DNA of 64,000 bases from Candidatus Hermodarchaeota archaeon (GTDB lineage Archaea > Asgardarchaeota > Heimdallarchaeia > Hodarchaeales > Hodarchaeaceae): positions 130,436 through 194,435 of the forward strand of contig JBHLKY010000001.1 of NCBI GenBank assembly GCA_048886185.1, in the 5' to 3' direction. Each line of letters starts with the position of its first letter. Position 1 is the first letter of the stretch. Below, one piece after another: positions 60,294 through 64,000 of the stretch. A program made the position numbers and the translations under genes. The notes under the pieces are model-generated. The model saw only the letters and a program-made list of their open reading frames with translations, ran no database searches and was not told where the DNA came from.

Positions 60294-62186
60294 TTGACAA
60301 TTGCCACAATCCACTTACTTTTAAGGTGGAGAAACAATGATCCATTTGTGTCGAAACGGATGAATTCTCCCCCAAAATTTAAAAAATCATTTACACGCTG
60401 GTTACTAAGTCATTTGACTGCAAAACCCTTTATAATAGTTGGTGTGCTAATAGGAACTGCTTTTGGGATTTTTACTCGATTGCTAATTCCAATTATTTTA
60501 GGCCAAGCGATTGATGTTGCTATCATCGATAAAAGAGATCTATTAAGTTCTGAAGCCCAATCCTCTCTATTAACTGATTATGTTCTTTTTCTCTTATTGT
60601 TAGGCATATTTCGGTTTATCATTGGGGTAGTGACGACCATCGCGAATGACGGGCTTGCGTGGAATGCACAACGACGAATCAGGGAAGAATTTTTTGAAGA
60701 AATGCAGAATAAGCCTCTTAAATTTCATGACTCTGTTCGAACTGGTGAATTAATGGCTCTTGCCACAAATGATTTAGGACAAGTGGGTGGATTGATCAGT
60801 CCTGGATTCGGGATGATAGCAGATGTCTTTATTTCTATTATCCTCTCTGCAATATTAGTCTTAGGAGTATTAAATTCCCCTGAGTTGATAGTACTTTCTA
60901 TTCCCTTTCTTATTGCCTACATATGGGCTGTTCTAAGTTTTAATCGTAAAATGGCACCAATAAGCTATACTTTCATGAGGAAATGGAGTGCCATTGCCAC
61001 CGCGGTTCAAGATAATATCACAGGAGCTGAGGTAGTAAGGGCATTTGCAGAGGAATCATATGAGAGGCAAAAATTTATGAAATTTGTTCTTGATTTTAGA
61101 AGCACTTGGTATCGTCAAGCAGTACTCCAAGCACGTTATTTTCCAACACTTATCCTATTTTCAGCAATTGGAATTTCTGCTATAGCTGGATCTTACCTCG
61201 TTTTTCTTGATAAACTTACTATTGGAGGTTTGATTGCCTTTAATGGTTTATTAATCAGCTTACTATTTCCAACATATGTGATAGGCTTTGCCATTCGGAT
61301 TTTTAATGGAGGGATGGCTGGAGCACGTAGAATTCATGCAATGGAAATTCGAGAGGAATGTGAGGAAAACGGAGAGAATGAAAAGGAGTTTCCATCTCAC
61401 ATTACAGGTATTATTCGTTTCAAGAATGTAAGCTTCAAGTATCCAACATCAAAGAAACCTGTTTTAGATAATATAAATTTTGCAGTAGCTCCAGGGCAGA
61501 CCATTGCTATTGTTGGCCCCACTGGATCAGGGAAATCTTCCCTAACAAACTTATTACTCAGACTTTATGATTATGAGGGAGAAATTACTATAGATGGAGT
61601 AAATATCAAGGATTACTCTCTTGAATCTTTAAGAAAGAGATTTGGGAGAATCGAACAAGATATATACTTATTTCCACGTTCAATTAAAGAGAATATAATC
61701 TTTGGCGCGAGAGGAGCTAACCAGTCTGATGTTGAACGTGCTGCCCGATTAGCTCAAGCTCACGACTTTATTATGCAGTTACCGAAGGGTTATGATACTT
61801 ATGTGGGAGAAGGGGGAAGTCAGCTATCTGGAGGACAGAGGCAGAGGGTCGCTCTCGCAAGGACTTTCCTCACAAATCCCAGCATACTAATTTTTGATGA
61901 TTCGACGAGCTCTGTAGACTCTAAGACTGAGGAGAAAATTGTCAAGGCCATAAATACCGTTATTGAAGGTAGAACTACGTTTGTGATTACACATAGACTG
62001 TCTACCATCCGTCAAGCTGATTGTATCATTGTACTCAAAGGTGGAAGAATTGTTGCAAAGGGTCATCATTCGAAATTAATAGTTACTTCACCAGATTACC
62101 GCCGAATATTCGGTAAAAATGTAGAACTTCCTCCTTTAGAAGTGAGTCAACCTACGTTAACACCTACTGCTGCTGGAGGTTCTTAA
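60294..62186 (+). CDS. ABC exporter, fused TMD-NBD (half transporter)
   Basis: Six-TM domain, then Walker A 'GPTGSGKSSL', signature 'LSGGQRQRVALAR', Walker B 'ILIFDDSTSSVD'. Confidence 0.8.
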   Translation: MTIATIHLLLRWRNNDPFVSKRMNSPPKFKKSFTRWLLSHLTAKPFIIVGVLIGTAFGIFTRLLIPIILGQAIDVAIIDKRDLLSSEAQSSLLTDYVLFLLLLGIFRFIIGVVTTIANDGLAWNAQRRIREEFFEEMQNKPLKFHDSVRTGELMALATNDLGQVGGLISPGFGMIADVFISIILSAILVLGVLNSPELIVLSIPFLIAYIWAVLSFNRKMAPISYTFMRKWSAIATAVQDNITGAEVVRAFAEESYERQKFMKFVLDFRSTWYRQAVLQARYFPTLILFSAIGISAIAGSYLVFLDKLTIGGLIAFNGLLISLLFPTYVIGFAIRIFNGGMAGARRIHAMEIREECEENGENEKEFPSHITGIIRFKNVSFKYPTSKKPVLDNINFAVAPGQTIAIVGPTGSGKSSLTNLLLRLYDYEGEITIDGVNIKDYSLESLRKRFGRIEQDIYLFPRSIKENIIFGARGANQSDVERAARLAQAHDFIMQLPKGYDTYVGEGGSQLSGGQRQRVALARTFLTNPSILIFDDSTSSVDSKTEEKIVKAINTVIEGRTTFVITHRLSTIRQADCIIVLKGGRIVAKGHHSKLIVTSPDYRRIFGKNVELPPLEVSQPTLTPTAAGGS

Positions 62187-64000
62187 ATGGGTTGGATTTT
62201 TGAAGGTATAGATCGACAGGATCAGGAAAGGAACTATTCAGACTGGGAATTGGTCAGACGTAGTATTAAGAGAATTACTCCCTTTAAACGGCCGATAATT
62301 ATTTCTTCGATTACTACGGTTATTATTACCATTACTAGTTTATTGACTCCATTAATATTCGGTAATATCATTGACTCTCTTCAAAATCCGCAATTAACAG
62401 ATAATATGGTATTATTTTTAGTCTGTGGCGGGATTAGTTACTTTTTTTTGTATATTCTATCATGGGTGGCGGACTATATAATTAACATTCAATCTGCGAA
62501 GTTTGTACCTGACTTTATGGTAACATTAAGGGCTGATATTTTTGGAGCCCTTCAAAAACAGGACATGAAATTCTTTGATAAACACCGAAGTGGACGTTTG
62601 AATTCACGGGTTTCGAGTGATGCTTCAGACTATGGAGTAGCAATCTCGATTGTCATGACGATTATAGGTCACTTTCTTGTGTTAATTATGATATTTATTA
62701 TTTTAGCATTTATCGATCTTCCATTAACACTTCTTTCTATTTTAGTTATCCCAATCCTTTTAATAATGAGTTACTTATTTCGTAGAGTAGCAAGAATAAC
62801 GAGTATGAGCTTTCGACGAGCCCATGCAGCTGTAAATTCTGCGATGGCTGAATCTGTGAATGGAATTCAGGTTAGTAAGTCATTTGGAGTAGAGACAGAG
62901 ATTCTTGATGAATTCAAGGAAATAAATAAACGTCATTTTATAGCAGGTTATCGAAGGAGTATTTCCATGGGGATGTTTTTCCCATTTGTAGATTTGTTGT
63001 CAGCAATCGGGACAGTGGCTATTTTAGGGATTGGTGGTCAGGGTGCAATTTCAAATTATGGTTTTGTAACAGCAGGAATTCTCTACATTTTTTTAAGCTA
63101 TTTAACACGATTCTTCTTTCCTATTACTCAACTAGTTAACTTTTATTCCCAATTGCAAGCTGGATTTGCTGGTTATGAACGTATACTGCAAATAATTGAT
63201 TCAGAACCAGAAGTTCAAGATCTTGGTGATGTTGAAGTCAACCAGATTCAGGGAAAGATTGAATTCAAGAATGTTGACTTTGAATATGTAGCTAATGCTC
63301 CAGTATTAAGAAAATTTTCTTTAACAGTTCAACCAGGAGAAAAATTAGCCATTGTAGGGCACACAGGAGCTGGAAAAACTTCAATCATATCGTTATTAGC
63401 CCGATTTTATGAATTTCAGGGAGGAGAGATTTTGATTGATGATATTTATATCCGTGACATCACGCTTAAATCATATCGAAAACATTTAGGAATTGTACTC
63501 CAAACTCCATTCCTATTTAATGGGAATATTGAGGAAAATATTTGTTATGGAAGGAAAGACGCAAGTAAAGAAGACTTTAAGAGAGCTTTGAAAATTTCAA
63601 GAGTAGATGAAGTTCTAGAATATTTAAAAGATGGATTACAAACCCAAGTTGGCGAGGGGGGATGTTTATTGAGTACAGGTCAAAGACAACTCGTTAGTTT
63701 TGCTCGAGCGCTTTTAGCAGATCCTAGAATACTCATCTTGGATGAAGCCACCTCTTCTGTTGATGCGTATACTGAAAGTATGATCCAAGAGTCGCTTGAA
63801 GAATTAATGAGAGGGCGAACATCGATAGTTATTGCTCATCGGTTAAGTACAGTCAAAAATGCTGATCGAATTATTGTATTAGATCAAGGAAAGATTATTG
63901 AAGAAGGAACTCATGAAGGGTTACTCTCTCAAGGTGGAGAGTACGCCAATTTATATAACACCTATTTCAGGCATCAAGAGGTAGCATGGGTACTTGATGA
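62187..64000 (+). CDS. second ABC exporter half-transporter (3' end beyond window); likely heterodimer partner
   Basis: ATG immediately follows the upstream TAA. TMD, then 'GHTGAGKTSIISLL', 'STGQRQLVSFARALL', 'ILILDEATSSVD'. The frame is open to the window end. Confidence 0.75.
   Translation, partial: MGWIFEGIDRQDQERNYSDWELVRRSIKRITPFKRPIIISSITTVIITITSLLTPLIFGNIIDSLQNPQLTDNMVLFLVCGGISYFFLYILSWVADYIINIQSAKFVPDFMVTLRADIFGALQKQDMKFFDKHRSGRLNSRVSSDASDYGVAISIVMTIIGHFLVLIMIFIILAFIDLPLTLLSILVIPILLIMSYLFRRVARITSMSFRRAHAAVNSAMAESVNGIQVSKSFGVETEILDEFKEINKRHFIAGYRRSISMGMFFPFVDLLSAIGTVAILGIGGQGAISNYGFVTAGILYIFLSYLTRFFFPITQLVNFYSQLQAGFAGYERILQIIDSEPEVQDLGDVEVNQIQGKIEFKNVDFEYVANAPVLRKFSLTVQPGEKLAIVGHTGAGKTSIISLLARFYEFQGGEILIDDIYIRDITLKSYRKHLGIVLQTPFLFNGNIEENICYGRKDASKEDFKRALKISRVDEVLEYLKDGLQTQVGEGGCLLSTGQRQLVSFARALLADPRILILDEATSSVDAYTESMIQESLEELMRGRTSIVIAHRLSTVKNADRIIVLDQGKIIEEGTHEGLLSQGGEYANLYNTYFRHQEVAWVLD

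Overview
This is a low-GC (roughly 35%, judged by eye) 64-kb window whose content points to an archaeal chromosome, most plausibly an Asgard/Lokiarchaeia-like genome. The archaeal call rests on a CDP-archaeol synthase-like gene, a CDP-alcohol phosphatidyltransferase and a geranylgeranyl reductase, and on frequent GTG/TTG starts with tightly coupled, overlapping genes. I found no rRNA, tRNA or CRISPR array. Coding density is high on both strands. The housekeeping core holds glycerol kinase, a HAD hydrolase, an amidohydrolase, an SDR, a MacB-type ABC pair, a long-chain acyl-CoA ligase, an endonuclease-III-like glycosylase, UvrA, a PhoU-like/PiT phosphate-uptake pair and a heterodimeric ABC exporter.

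Five accessory modules are interleaved with the core:
- A translationally coupled cluster (8613-15948) with a eukaryote-like C-type lectin, a giant repeat-containing polytopic membrane protein, a membrane Zn-ribbon protein and a 42-aa tandem-repeat ORF broken by in-frame TAG codons.
- Seven DNA-methyltransferase-like genes in about 30 kb (21191; 29987; 32323 and 36245 as Zn-ribbon COG1743-like paralogs; 47010; 48978; and a catalytically dead paralog at 49768), with no recognisable restriction endonuclease.
- An uncharacterised three-gene minus-strand operon (46814-43990) directly downstream of the methyltransferase triplet, followed by a decayed duplicate of its own 3' end.
- A RecJ/DHH nuclease homolog carrying an N-terminal DnaJ-type CxxCxGxG x4 zinc finger.
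- A 1532-aa secreted protein built from about ten repeats centred on DxDxDG calcium-loop motifs.

All functional calls come from motifs read directly in the supplied translations. I ran no database search, so family names are inferences from motif knowledge.
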